Below, one piece after another: positions 23,281 to 34,562 of a DNA stretch of 64,000 bases. The position numbers were made by a program, and so were the translations under genes. How positions within the stretch are numbered: the first letter of the stretch is position 1; each line of letters opens with the position of its first letter. The notes under the pieces are model-generated. The model saw only the letters and a program-made list of their open reading frames with translations. It searched no databases and was not told the DNA's origin. Source of the DNA: Nematocida ausubeli (taxonomy: Eukaryota); contig NW_026515635.1 in assembly GCF_000738915.1 (NCBI RefSeq), forward strand, positions 496,001 to 560,000, written 5' to 3'.

Positions 23281-23624
23281 CTCGTAAGATAGATTAGTTT
23301 AAGAAATTAGAAAATAAATGTAATCAGATACAATGACATTCTACACTACCTTCAGACCGCCCGTCATTGGTGTCTCATCATGTTACATGGGGTAATAAAA
23401 AATTAGAAAATATATTGAAAAGAGGCATAGAAACCGGTAAAAACATTTTAGCCAAATATAAGAGACAGCTCAATAAATAGTGGTGTACCCGTCTATATTT
23501 ACATGCAGTTGGTGCGGGCTGTTTAAATAAAATCAGGATGTTTTTGGATGCATTTTCCTTATTGCAATTATAATTTACTGAATTCAGGATATACCTATAA
23601 ATGCAGTAGACACAGGTGTAGGAA

Positions 23625-24863
23625 ATGCGCATATATATAATGCTAAAAATTATAATTATAGCTAATGTGCTGCAGATGCGTGCAGTATTATATAATGAAG
23701 AGAATGAAGATTTGCAGGCAGAAAAAGCAGTATTTGGTTGGAGACGGTTTGTTCCAAGGATTGTGAGAGGAGCCTTTTCTTTTTTAAAACGGCCAGTTGG
23801 CAATTCAGAGGGCGATTCTGTAGAGGCACTTGGCATGCGCCAGGATATAAGCACTGCGTGTGAAAAGCCCAGTGCAGAAGAAAGCAAAGGCATAGGGCTA
23901 GAGTATATGAAAGAGTTCATTGTTAAGCACAACCGAGGCGGGAACCTGCAGGAAGAAGGCCTTTTGCTGCAATGCGATCCGCTAATTAATAAAGACATGG
24001 AGGAGAATATATATGAAAGCAGCAGCAGTGAACTGGAGCAGGTGGATAAGCTATGCGAGAGAAAGAACAAACAGTTTTGGTATACCTTCAATGGGATAAC
24101 TGTCTTCAACAAGCCGTACATATACGATATATGCGTAGATGGAACTGCATGTGAAATACTTAATAACAAGGACCATGAGAAGCCAAGAAGTACAATGCCC
24201 CACAGAAATATCTTTACGGAGACAAAGCATCTTTTTTCTCTTTGGAGGCCTGAAATGACCAACATATTCTACTGCGGAGTGGTTCTAGTGAGTATATTCA
24301 GTACGTACTATCTTGACAAGCTTGATGTTTCTGCATCGTCAAAAGAGCTCATTAGAAAGACGCTGAGTTCTATAATTCAGTCTTTCAGGGCATATCTTGG
24401 AAATAGCACATGTAAACTTGTTTTAAACAATGAAGAAATATCGAAATACATTGAGATAACTAGGAAGGAGATTCTTTCAGGCAAGAACTTCATCTTTCCT
24501 TCTCTTATAGATGTAAATCAGCTAATAGAAAAAGAGAAGCTCGTGTTTGAGACAGTCTTCAGCCTAGGAATACGAGGAAGCGAGCTGCCTAAGTACGTAT
24601 ATGACTTAGCCAATATTTGTATAGGGCAAGCAGGCCTTCCAAATGATCCTAAATATGACGCACTCAGTCGACTAATAAAAATGCACATGTACATTTACTC
24701 CTACGAGGGAATGGTGTCTCTTCTCTGCAGGCCCAATATCAAGGACATAGCAGCCGAGCACTTAGAGGAAGTGTTCAAACTATATGGGGGTGAAATACTC
24801 CACATAATTCTAGCAGTGCGGCAATACTTCTCAGAAGCTGCTCTTCTTTATGCACGTGCTTAA
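23625..24863 (+). CDS. Hypothetical protein, possible signal peptide
   Basis: 412-aa ORF with hydrophobic N-terminus (MLKIIIIANVLQMRA); no family recognised. Confidence 0.7.
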   Translation: MRIYIMLKIIIIANVLQMRAVLYNEENEDLQAEKAVFGWRRFVPRIVRGAFSFLKRPVGNSEGDSVEALGMRQDISTACEKPSAEESKGIGLEYMKEFIVKHNRGGNLQEEGLLLQCDPLINKDMEENIYESSSSELEQVDKLCERKNKQFWYTFNGITVFNKPYIYDICVDGTACEILNNKDHEKPRSTMPHRNIFTETKHLFSLWRPEMTNIFYCGVVLVSIFSTYYLDKLDVSASSKELIRKTLSSIIQSFRAYLGNSTCKLVLNNEEISKYIEITRKEILSGKNFIFPSLIDVNQLIEKEKLVFETVFSLGIRGSELPKYVYDLANICIGQAGLPNDPKYDALSRLIKMHMYIYSYEGMVSLLCRPNIKDIAAEHLEEVFKLYGGEILHIILAVRQYFSEAALLYARA

Positions 24864-25323
24864 TTATTTCTACATACCTACTTCCCCTGCCTCAGTGCAT
24901 GTACTGGGAATTTAACTGTGAAAGAGACACTGTATAGAATATACATGGTATTTGTCTCTCTGCATACATGCGCATTTCAGAGCCGTCTGCAATGTAGTCC
25001 TATTTGACGAAGTGTTCTCTACTAAATATAAGAATTGCATCTGGAAGAGGGTTAAAGAAAGTATGCTTTATATTTCAGAGTTTGGACAGTATATGTATAT
25101 ACATCTCTGCTTGTAAGGCATGCGAGAATTCTCTGTAGAGGCAAATTTATGCAGTGCTTCTTCAAGAAAAGAGATGCATGAAATTTAGTGCAGAGCAGAA
25201 GGAATAAAGCAAACACGAGTATACTATGCTTAGTCTATTTTGCCTGGATATGACTCTCTGGCAGTTCTATCTATAATATACACGCTGCAGTAAAGCGCAT
25301 TGGCTTGGATTAATTCAGATTTA

Positions 25324-26214
25324 TTAGTTAGTAGCCTCTTCTCCAGTGAGCAGCATGTACTTTGCCTTTATCTTCTCCTTTCTCTCAGCGTTAGTTAGCT
25401 TGGCTGGCTTGTACTGGTACTTGGATCTGTCAATCTTGGTGGTTCTCTTGGTTCTTTCGAAAGAGTCCTGTCTGATCTTTTCAAATGCCTCTTCGTACTT
25501 CTGCTCAATCATGTCTGCAGTTATTCCGTTCTTAATGTACTCGGAGAACTTTGCTGCGTATGCCTCAGAGTCATTCTCCTGCAGCTCCCGCATGTAGTTG
25601 GCGACGTGTCCTCCAAAGATTCTGTCTTTCAGTGCCTCTGCATCGAGCTCTTTGCTTTCTTTGTCAAACCCAGCGAACTTGTTTGGTGAGTGTGGGATGT
25701 GGAGTCCTCCATCGCATGCCCCCTTCATGGCGGCGAATACTTTGGCACCCTTTGAGGATCTGGCAAGACCAAGGTCCAAGTAGCATCTGAATGCGCTTGG
25801 TCCTTCTTCGTTGTCAGACTCTAAGTACTCTTCTCCGTCAATCTCCTCCTTTCCGGTGTACTCTCCTGCAAGGCCCAGCTTGGTGAGCATTTTTCTTGCG
25901 CAGAGGAATCCAGTTGCGTATGCAGCGGAGTAGTTCTTCAGACCAAATGTGATGCCGTACTTCTTCAGCTCGGTTGAGTCTGCTGCGCAGATAACCTTGT
26001 CACCTATAGTGTATGCCTGCACTATCTGGCAGATAACTTTAGTATTGGTAATTCTTACAACAAATCTGGATTTCACCTCTCCATAGTTGGCCTTGTTGTG
26101 TCTAATTAGGTTATGTCTCTGCTGGTAGTCGGTCTTACCTTCTCTTCTTCGTCTTAAAGGAAGTCTCATTCTCTTCATGTGTGATTTGTGGTCTCTTGCT
26201 GCTTCAAATGACAT
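25324..26214 (-). CDS. RPL5: 60S ribosomal protein L5 (uL18)
   Basis: RRRREGKTDY, RFVVRITN, NYSAAYATG, LDLGL, GACDGGLHIPHS, IFGGHVANYM. Confidence 0.97.
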   Translation of the reverse strand: MSFEAARDHKSHMKRMRLPLRRRREGKTDYQQRHNLIRHNKANYGEVKSRFVVRITNTKVICQIVQAYTIGDKVICAADSTELKKYGITFGLKNYSAAYATGFLCARKMLTKLGLAGEYTGKEEIDGEEYLESDNEEGPSAFRCYLDLGLARSSKGAKVFAAMKGACDGGLHIPHSPNKFAGFDKESKELDAEALKDRIFGGHVANYMRELQENDSEAYAAKFSEYIKNGITADMIEQKYEEAFEKIRQDSFERTKRTTKIDRSKYQYKPAKLTNAERKEKIKAKYMLLTGEEATN

Positions 26215-26234
26215 TTACTGGGGGGTAAATTTTG
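26215..26234 (-). promoter_or_regulatory. Microsporidian-type start-proximal signal (AATTT + CCC motif) of RPL5
   Basis: Minus strand reads CAAAATTTACCCCCCAGTAA-ATG; same layout upstream of RPS18. AATTT/CCC-like motifs just upstream of start codons are established for microsporidia. Confidence 0.7.
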
Positions 26235-26369
26235 TAAAACTTAAAAATAAAAAACCGGTAGAAAATGCAAAATCCGTGCGCACAGAAGATGCATGCGCAC
26301 ACCACCATAAAAACATAAGAAAAAGATTATAACTTCAAAGATTGTCTATTAAATCACCAGCTCCCAGTG

Positions 26370-28160
26370 CTACTCTTTTTTGTCTTTCTTCTGAAAATTA
26401 TTTAAAAGAATTCTGGCCACATTCTGGTCAGTGAAGACATACGGAATAAGATCATGCATTAGCTCGCTGTCCAGAGTTTTCAAAGCGCCTTCGCACTCTT
26501 CTATAAAGTCAGTTGCAACGCCTGCGTACCAAAATATATCATGCAGCCCTTTGATCTGGCAGTAGAAGTCTACAGCCTCCCCGAACTCGCCTGTAATTTG
26601 CAATAGGCTCTGCAGAAGCTCTGCCCAGTGCTTGATGTCTGCCTCTTCTAAGTCAGATTGTATTGTGTAATAGGCGTCTCTTAAAATACGGCTGTAGAAC
26701 ATTGTTTTTATGTGGAAAAGCAATGAGTCAGTGAAAATTCGATCTATAATCTCAATAAATATGTTGTTTACCATACTAATCGTTCTAGTTACATTTGTGC
26801 TTAAAAAATCAATTCTGTCTACCTTTGTACAGAGAATCAAATGCGAAAACGACTCGTCTACTATATCTACAAAATATTCCTCCTTTTGACCAAAAATCTG
26901 CACTATTCCATTATTAATTTCTTCTTTCTCTGTCTTAGCCAAATGCAAAGGGGCGAGTGAAATTATGCCAAGCACTGCCTGTGAGTCCGCAAGACGTAGC
27001 GCGCACCTCTGCATCTCCACATGCTCTGAGAGCCCAGAAGGCAGCTCAAAGTGTTCTTGAATTTTCTCTATGATTGCTTTCTGTATTTTCTCCTTGTGCG
27101 ATCTTTCTGTGGTTGCTATCCGCTCCAGAATCTGCATAGACTTAAAGAATGCATGCGAAATACTTGCTACCTTCTGCCTCTGCATGCTTTCTGATAAAAT
27201 ATCAAGTATAGACATGGCTTTCTGCGAGGTGTTCATCTGCAGCCGGTTAGCCAGGCCTTTTTTCTGTGCGTCTGTGATTTCTTCTGCTCGCGCCTCTGCT
27301 TTTTTGCTGACCTCCCCTATTTTCTGCACTAAGTTGTCGCAGTACCAGGTATCCGTGTTTTCTATGTGGTATACTGTCCCATAAAACAGCTCGTTGTTGT
27401 ACCGATCTATCTGCTTGCACGATAGCTGGTGCAGATCCCTCAAGAGTCGTGTTTTTACTTCAATCAGAATATCCTCAAAGATTGCCAGCTTTGATAGTGT
27501 GCCATGTAGTTTCTCATTGGCAATGTAGCTTTCTGCGTCTTGAATGTCCAAATCCTCTAGTATTTGCTTATGGATTTCACTTTGTGCTATCTCTGTCCGC
27601 TTGCTGGCAGCATATGTAATAATCTCCACGCTCTCTTTATGCACGATGCTCAGCACATTACTGGACAGAAGAACAGCATCAACAACTAGCTTTGTAATTG
27701 TCTGTATGTGGGCATTGAAGTGCCCTGGAAGGTACGCCTGCACTTGCTGCAGCAGCTCGTTATACTTCAGCGATATTTTTAGCCTGTTTACCTTGACCTT
27801 CATTCCCTCCACAGAAATTACTGTGGACTGCTCACTATACAGCGTGCTAAAGTACTCTAGCACCTTTGCAGCTAGCTCCTTCTGATTTATAAAGTTGCGA
27901 AGTTTTGAGATTTCCTCGGGCGACTCGATCTTTCTCTTTATTGCATTCTGCTTTTCTATCTCTTCCTGCAGCTTTCCAAGTCGTTTTTGGTATGTTTCCA
28001 CCTTATCGGGTACTGCTTTTATTTCCTTCTCTTTGTTGAGAAGCTCAGTTATTTCTCTATTTAGATCATCCAGCCTATCCTGCAGATTTCTTATTTCTTC
28101 TGCTTCTTTTCCCATCCCTTCTGCGATTTTTAAATATTCAAGAAATTCATCCATTGTCAC
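26370..28160 (-). CDS. Hypothetical helical protein with N-terminal coiled coil (possibly a CATCHR/tethering-complex subunit)
   Basis: 596-aa ORF; heptad-rich first ~100 aa followed by helical-looking sequence. The family guess is weak. Confidence 0.7.
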   Translation of the reverse strand: MTMDEFLEYLKIAEGMGKEAEEIRNLQDRLDDLNREITELLNKEKEIKAVPDKVETYQKRLGKLQEEIEKQNAIKRKIESPEEISKLRNFINQKELAAKVLEYFSTLYSEQSTVISVEGMKVKVNRLKISLKYNELLQQVQAYLPGHFNAHIQTITKLVVDAVLLSSNVLSIVHKESVEIITYAASKRTEIAQSEIHKQILEDLDIQDAESYIANEKLHGTLSKLAIFEDILIEVKTRLLRDLHQLSCKQIDRYNNELFYGTVYHIENTDTWYCDNLVQKIGEVSKKAEARAEEITDAQKKGLANRLQMNTSQKAMSILDILSESMQRQKVASISHAFFKSMQILERIATTERSHKEKIQKAIIEKIQEHFELPSGLSEHVEMQRCALRLADSQAVLGIISLAPLHLAKTEKEEINNGIVQIFGQKEEYFVDIVDESFSHLILCTKVDRIDFLSTNVTRTISMVNNIFIEIIDRIFTDSLLFHIKTMFYSRILRDAYYTIQSDLEEADIKHWAELLQSLLQITGEFGEAVDFYCQIKGLHDIFWYAGVATDFIEECEGALKTLDSELMHDLIPYVFTDQNVARILLNNFQKKDKKE

Positions 28161-28900
28161 ACTCAGAGAATAACAAAAAATATGAATAAAACTTTATTTA
28201 AATTCAGTGGAATCCGCCCATGAAAACAGCCGTGCCCTGCAAGCAGCAAATATTATAAGGATTTGATTAAACAAATATTTCTTTCGCACAACTTATCAAA
28301 TAATTTACCAGACGTCACTTCTATTGTATTTAGAATGCACTAGACTCCCCTTCATATGAATTTGATTCTGGAAGACAGTGTTAGATAAACACTCCAGACT
28401 GTATGTGCTATTAAATGTGACTTTGTATACACAAAGCACTCTTTGGCTAATTTATATTAAAAATATGCATACTAGACCCTAGCCTCTTAGTACTCTGGGC
28501 ACCTGCATATTTTCTGAATTTTTTCTGGATATTATACCTGCAGGATATTTATGTACCAAAATGGATTTAATGCTGTGGGCTAGCAGATTTCAGATAAGTG
28601 CACGATATGGCCAAGACGTGATGAAGCACTGAAAAACATCTTTAGAATTGATAGTGGAGAAAAACACAGGGGTTCTATATCTAATACAATATAATATCTC
28701 TATTTGTTGCATGCTCAAATAGTTTGCCTACAAATTGAGCTGTGATAAAATTACTAGTTAAAAGGGATTGCCAATAAATAGCATGAGCAATTGAAAAGGT
28801 GGGCTTTGGCTTTTAAAAGCGCAAATTTCAAAGAAAACACCTAACTGTTTGAATAATATAAGGGAGAATAAGGTCTTACCCAATATGAGATATTTATTTA

Positions 28901-30064
28901 CTAGTTCATCATTCTTATTTTTCCTTGTATTAAAAATGGCTTATTGGGGGATTTTGGCTGAGGACAGAGTACCTTTATCTCTGTTTCAGACACAACCTCT
29001 AGAACACTTAAGTATCCTATAATGGGCGCAGAAGGAACATCTTCTAAGCTCTCTGCTGAGGAAATGGCAAGAATAGACCCCTCTATGGGCGCACAGTCTA
29101 GCACAGCCGTGGACACTTTTCTTTTGGAAGAGCCCAGTGGAAGAGCTGACATTGGAGCCATGTGCTCGTCTCCAACCTGCAGAACTCTATATTCATTTGC
29201 ATGCATTGCCTCTCCGCTTGCTAGCTTGATGGAAATTGTGCAAGGGCTGTACTCGTCTTGCTCACCATAGAAATATGTCTTTATCCGGCTTGCAATATGG
29301 CTTCTTCGCTGCTCTGTGGTTCTTTCCATCAGACCCGGGAATCGCGGGATATATATCTTGTTCTCAGTTGTGATCTGGGTGTAAAACTTTTCATTTCCCA
29401 TCACCAAAACATAGTCCACTCCGCACTCTTCTGCAAGCTCCTCTACCTCTTTTTGTGTTATTTCCTTGTGCCCAACTATTATAGAAGCCTCAGCTGTCTT
29501 CTGCCGGCCCGATGCAACTATCTCCTGCACTAATAGTCGGTACAGATCTATGTTATCATTTGCACTGGGTGACCCGCTAAAATACGCTAGCTTCTCACTT
29601 ATTGTTGCTCGCTCAATGGGACTAAATGGCTCCTGAATTATTGCGCTCGTGATGTTTCCCGGAAATAAAAGTGTCCCGCCATGCACGTCTAGGTCGGTGT
29701 AGAGCACCCTGTCGCCTTTACGAGTGAAATAATTTGTCAGAATGTTTGCACATGCGGACCTTCCCTCTCCCACAATAAGCACCTTCTTCTTATTCCGCGA
29801 GTATAGGTTGTAAAAGACGTTGAAAATATACGGCATGTTGGTCTCCTGTGACGTGTAGTAAAACGCATCGCTTGCTGCCAGTTTAATTTTGCACCCAGTG
29901 CATGTGAAAATACAGAACTGCTCTTCCTTTACAGTGTACCATTTTCCCAGCAACAGCTCCTGCCCTGCTATTTCCGCTGTGTTTTCAGCCAGAACAAATT
30001 TTGCTTTTGTATTGGGCGGTATTTCTATTCTTAGCTCACATCCTGCGCTTAGCTCAATGTCCAT
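28901..30064 (-). CDS. CLP1: mRNA cleavage and polyadenylation factor Clp1
   Basis: ELRIEI, AEIAGQEL, IFTCTGC, ETNMPYIFN, YTDLDV, IKTYFYG, MAPMSALPLG, VLCPQP. Likely start ATG 30064. Confidence 0.92.
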   Translation of the reverse strand: MDIELSAGCELRIEIPPNTKAKFVLAENTAEIAGQELLLGKWYTVKEEQFCIFTCTGCKIKLAASDAFYYTSQETNMPYIFNVFYNLYSRNKKKVLIVGEGRSACANILTNYFTRKGDRVLYTDLDVHGGTLLFPGNITSAIIQEPFSPIERATISEKLAYFSGSPSANDNIDLYRLLVQEIVASGRQKTAEASIIVGHKEITQKEVEELAEECGVDYVLVMGNEKFYTQITTENKIYIPRFPGLMERTTEQRRSHIASRIKTYFYGEQDEYSPCTISIKLASGEAMHANEYRVLQVGDEHMAPMSALPLGSSKRKVSTAVLDCAPIEGSILAISSAESLEDVPSAPIIGYLSVLEVVSETEIKVLCPQPKSPNKPFLIQGKIRMMN

Positions 30065-30086
30065 TAAATTTTCTAAAAGAAGAGTT

Positions 30087-31034
30087 TTAATCGTATTTAT
30101 ATGCCTGCCGCACACTTATGTTAATGCGTGATTCTGAAATTAGGCTGAAAAATTCCTCTTTCTTGTAGTCCTCCAGGCCTTTGTTGCTGTTTAGAATTTT
30201 TGGCACGCCATGGAAGTACTCTCTTGACTCACCTATCAGAATCGCAATGTCTCCATCCTCTAAGAGAAAAGTGTCTACGGACGAGTCCTCTCTTTCTTTT
30301 TTCCCTAGCACAAACACGCACGAAGCGCCAAAGCTGAATGATATCAGAGGCTTACTCATGTCTTCCTCGTATCTATCAACGTGGCTCATGATTCTATCTT
30401 TTTTCTGGTAGTAGTTTATAACCGCAGTCTCTGGTATAAAATTCACTTTGCAGATATCCCTGGATATGTCCTTGCAGGCCTGATCTATCACCTCTGGAAT
30501 CTGTGCCACTATTTCCCTGTTATATGCCTTTATTTCCCAGTCATAGTATATCCCTATGCTACTCCATCTTATTTTTTTTATTAACTCTTCTGGATTCATC
30601 TTCACTATTCCCGTGCTTATAAAACTCTCTTTTTCGCTTGGAGTTGCATACGGGTCCTGCTTTATTTTAATTTTAGCAATAGGGTTATCATACATTTTGA
30701 CAGACACTTCACTCTTCTGCAAGTACGCACTGTAAAGATCTAAATCACTCAGATCAAGAGCTCTGTCAATGCTGTTTCTGTACGGTGGGTATAGAAGCTT
30801 AGTAAGAACCTCTTTTGCTATTCTGCCCTTTACCTCCTGTCTTAGTGGGTTTGGAATAAAGATAAATCCGCCTTTGAAGTAGTATGCAACAACTGTTTCT
30901 TTAAGAAGCTTGCTTTCTGTTGCAATATTCTCCTGGCGCGTGCAGTAAATGTGCGCGTTTTCGCTGTTTATTGTTGGCATGGCCTCTGAGTGCATGTGAT
31001 ATTTCTCTACTTCTCTTAACTTGGTTTTTTTCAT
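30087..31034 (-). CDS. AlkB-family Fe(II)/2-oxoglutarate dioxygenase (ALKBH1-like)
   Basis: IRWSSIGIYYDW, INYY...IMSHVD (HxD), PLISFSFG, FHGVPKI, RINISVRQ. Start uncertain; ATG 31034 chosen, while the track ORF begins at 31196. Confidence 0.9.
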   Translation of the reverse strand: MKKTKLREVEKYHMHSEAMPTINSENAHIYCTRQENIATESKLLKETVVAYYFKGGFIFIPNPLRQEVKGRIAKEVLTKLLYPPYRNSIDRALDLSDLDLYSAYLQKSEVSVKMYDNPIAKIKIKQDPYATPSEKESFISTGIVKMNPEELIKKIRWSSIGIYYDWEIKAYNREIVAQIPEVIDQACKDISRDICKVNFIPETAVINYYQKKDRIMSHVDRYEEDMSKPLISFSFGASCVFVLGKKEREDSSVDTFLLEDGDIAILIGESREYFHGVPKILNSNKGLEDYKKEEFFSLISESRINISVRQAYKYD

Positions 31035-31761
31035 GTTTAATGGAAGAAAAAAAACATCCGTAATTTGGCGTGCCATTATTTTTACTAATCTATATAAGTT
31101 GCACACTAATGCCCTGCCCCAAGCTAGAATTCCTGTGCATGCACATACTGCATCTATTGTTTTCTTTGTTTTATGAAATAGCAAGGCATCCTTCATATTT
31201 CAGTTACACAATACGATGTTTAGGCAAGTTTTCTGTAAAGATAGCATGTATATAGCAGATAAATCGCTACTATTTGAGATATTGCACAATTCCATGGAAC
31301 CAAATTGGATCTTAATTGAGTGTATATAACTGCCTTTTCTGCATTCCTTGCATAAGTCCAAAATTTCTTTGTGTTTCTTAGTATATAGCCATTTTAGGCA
31401 TAAAAATATTAATATGGTGGTTGAAATTGCTATTTTTAGTGTGCTTAGACATAGTAGATAAATGGGATAAAACCACAATAGCATGCTAAAGCATACAACC
31501 CCACATATACTTTGGAAGGATTCGCTTTACTACTATCTATTGCGATATACTGTTTTAATATGCCACACATATTCTCGTGCTAGTGTGCTGTATATTACTG
31601 CTGCGCTGTTTTTATTTCCTACTATATTTCGGCATTTACAATATGTGTTCTATACAATTAATATTTAACTAGCTGGTTTGCAATTTATTATACTTCACTA
31701 TTTTACTGGAAAATATTGCATCTATTCTAATTTAAACTTGAGCCATGCAAACCCCTCACCT

Positions 31762-32778
31762 CTATAGTTTAAGAAACTCAATTCCCTCTACTGTTGCAGC
31801 ACAGATGAATCGATTAAACACCACCGCGTTTAGTGTTATGCTGCTCAGAGCATAGCTGCATATTATTGTGTTGTCTGCTCTTAGCGAAACCACAGACACA
31901 TTCCCTGTGTTTGTTACTGCAATGCATACGGCATCTGACACTGCAATGATTTTTATAACGCACTCCTGCTCCTCTGCAATCCTGCACGTTTTCTCTGTTT
32001 TATACTTTGTATCTAGAACAGAAACAGTTGATGCAAAGTCTCCATATATAAGCATCTCTCCAAAGAACAGCAGTGACTCAATTGACTGCCGTGCGGAGTT
32101 ATCACTCTGATATACATTTACTAGCCGGTTTTGCGCGGGAGAGTATGAAAGTATTACCAAAGATCCATTTCCATACCCAACTCCTAGGGACTTTCCAGTG
32201 CTGTTTATCTGGACCACCCGAATGTCGCTATCTAACTCTGCGTTGTACCGGGCAGACACGCTCCCTGTTTCTTTATTAAATACGATTATCTGTCCACTTG
32301 AGACAATGTACAGGCAGGTGTCAGATTCCAGTATGTCCTGGATCTCAGACGAGTGTCCTGCATACACTTTTACAGCGCGCCCGCCAATTTCATCAATGTT
32401 ATTTGGCAGCTCCTCCACAAGGCCATCAGCAGTTCCTATGTAGAGGCGCTGTTTATCTTTGGACACCACTGCTTTAGTTATGTCCATCTGGACATCTACA
32501 GTTTTTATCTCTTTTGTGTATCCTCCATGCTCTTTTTTAATTGCAATTGAGGCAACCGTTCCGTCCATGGACACTGCAACTGCTTTGTCGCTGGACACAA
32601 ACTCAGTCATTATAATTGAGTCTTCAAACCCCTCAATTACCTCGTCAATGAGATACTCCTCGCCGTTAAAGGCATGGAATGTCACTGCATCGTTGCCTCC
32701 TCCGGATATAACCATATTCAGGTCTTTATTTACGTCAAGGCAGTATACCTCTTCTGTCTTTTCCTTTAGCTCTTCCAT
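31762..32778 (-). CDS. SQT1: WD40 protein, Sqt1/AAMP-like ribosome assembly chaperone
   Basis: EVYCLD...ISGGGND, EGFEDSII..F, SMDG, VYAGH, SIESL, resembling the Sqt1 WD repeats. Confidence 0.65.
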   Translation of the reverse strand: MEELKEKTEEVYCLDVNKDLNMVISGGGNDAVTFHAFNGEEYLIDEVIEGFEDSIIMTEFVSSDKAVAVSMDGTVASIAIKKEHGGYTKEIKTVDVQMDITKAVVSKDKQRLYIGTADGLVEELPNNIDEIGGRAVKVYAGHSSEIQDILESDTCLYIVSSGQIIVFNKETGSVSARYNAELDSDIRVVQINSTGKSLGVGYGNGSLVILSYSPAQNRLVNVYQSDNSARQSIESLLFFGEMLIYGDFASTVSVLDTKYKTEKTCRIAEEQECVIKIIAVSDAVCIAVTNTGNVSVVSLRADNTIICSYALSSITLNAVVFNRFICAATVEGIEFLKL

Positions 32779-32949
32779 TCTAAATATTTTGTTGTAAATT
32801 CGCTAATTTTATTTCCCTCTTTGATGCCTCCAATGCACTAACAGTTTACACTATGTACAAAAGGCCCATGCAGAGGCATTGAAGATAAAAGTGAAAAGTG
32901 CGAGTTGAATGTCAATCCACTATTGGCAAGAAAACTACTTGTGCTTTAT

Positions 32950-34488
32950 TTATTTTATCTTTTTCGCTAGATCATGCTGGGCCTCTATCATTGAGGCTAA
33001 GACTTCTTCTGTCACTTTTTTTCTTGCAATTGGCGGCTTATAGTATAAGCCCTCCTCTGTTACTATTCTTATAATACATGCAAGACACTTTGTGAAATTT
33101 GTTAGCGTAAAGAACCCGTTCTGGAAGTTAGAGTTCTTTCGAACAAGCAGCCGAATCTGCACAGAATTTCCGTCCTTCATCCCCATTGGCGCAAAAACAA
33201 GCCCTGACAGCATCTTCTCTTCCTCTACATACCACTGAAGTCTTTTCTTAAGATTCAGTATTGACTCGTTGCTGCATTCTATACTAATTGGCAAATCAAT
33301 TGTCCAGTACTGCGAAATAGATCTCCTTACGTTCACCACTGGGTACTTGCTCACTACACTGTTCTGTATTATTGTGTAAACGCCTGCCCAGGTGGTAAAG
33401 CATGTGGAAAAGAGCCCAACCTTATTTACAATCATGTTCTCTCCTTTAATAAACACTCTGTCACCAGTATCATATGGATGCGATATCAACAAGAAGATAA
33501 AGCTCTCAAAGAAGCTGACGCTTCCTGGGATTATGGCATTTATCAATGCAAACGAAAAGAACGTGTGCAGAAACAGGTTGTGCATGTTCATTGAAATTGT
33601 GAACACAATGAATATAAGGATTCCTTCAACTATGCATAGAAACCAGTTAAAGTGGCTGAGCAGCCTTCTGCAGTCTTTTATCGCCATGTATAGATTGGTT
33701 CTCTCCAGCGATATCTGTCTGAATGTTTCTTTGAATGTAGAGTACTGTATTCTGCTTCTCTCTCCATACGAAATAAGAGAAAACAGAATATTTGCATCTT
33801 CTGACGAGAACACCCTTCGGAGAGATGCAACTGAGATAGACCCCTCCACGTCATCCATCTGCGGGGTAAGGCGTGGCCTATTTGGCACTCTAAGGCTCTC
33901 CCCCAGGCCATAGCCATACTCCTCCATCACAGAGCCTTCTGTCTCTTCGTCTCTTCTCCACTTTTTAAAAATATCAAGAAGAGGCAGCTCCTCTGGCTTT
34001 CCTTTCTTGTAAAATGTGTCTATTTTAAGATCCTGCTGTAGCTCGTGCAGCCCAATCTTATCCATGGCGTAGAGAAGATACTTTTCTAGCTGAAGCACCT
34101 CTAGATTGTGTCCTGTGCTGAAGTCCTTTAGCAGATTCCTCTTTGCAGTGGAATACAGAATCAGAAGCAAGGTTCGAACTGCTGTGTCACACAGTATCAC
34201 AATGTACATCTCCCCTGTGCTGTGCTCGGGCCATGGCCACTCCAGTATGAGACCCAGCAAAAATAGCTGGAGCCTTATCTTGTAAAAAATGAAGCACGGG
34301 ATGCTGTGCTTGCATCGCTTGTAGAGCAACGGAAAGACCCCAAACAGCGCAGTGGCCGAGATGACATGCACCATGAGCAATCCCATCCAGTCAACCCCAA
34401 CGTGTCTCAGCACCAGCCCAACAACCCAGTTTGCAGCTATAAATATCCCCAATAGCGCAACAAAGAATGCATTTTCCTCAAGTCTCAT
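32950..34488 (-). CDS. MscS-like mechanosensitive ion channel (eukaryotic type)
   Basis: FESFIFLLISHPYDTGDRVFI, NVRRS; N-terminal TM helices and degenerate EF-hand-like region. First ATG 34488. Confidence 0.9.
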   Translation of the reverse strand: MRLEENAFFVALLGIFIAANWVVGLVLRHVGVDWMGLLMVHVISATALFGVFPLLYKRCKHSIPCFIFYKIRLQLFLLGLILEWPWPEHSTGEMYIVILCDTAVRTLLLILYSTAKRNLLKDFSTGHNLEVLQLEKYLLYAMDKIGLHELQQDLKIDTFYKKGKPEELPLLDIFKKWRRDEETEGSVMEEYGYGLGESLRVPNRPRLTPQMDDVEGSISVASLRRVFSSEDANILFSLISYGERSRIQYSTFKETFRQISLERTNLYMAIKDCRRLLSHFNWFLCIVEGILIFIVFTISMNMHNLFLHTFFSFALINAIIPGSVSFFESFIFLLISHPYDTGDRVFIKGENMIVNKVGLFSTCFTTWAGVYTIIQNSVVSKYPVVNVRRSISQYWTIDLPISIECSNESILNLKKRLQWYVEEEKMLSGLVFAPMGMKDGNSVQIRLLVRKNSNFQNGFFTLTNFTKCLACIIRIVTEEGLYYKPPIARKKVTEEVLASMIEAQHDLAKKIK

Positions 34489-34562
34489 AAACAAATATTT
34501 TACTTTCTGGAAATAAACAAATATGAAATATGTGGCTTTTATACGTGTTAAAATCGTGCAAT

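Noticed and set aside
23378..24265. 295-aa minus-strand ORF
   Set aside because: Antisense shadow of the 412-aa + strand gene, whose composition is more typical of this genome.
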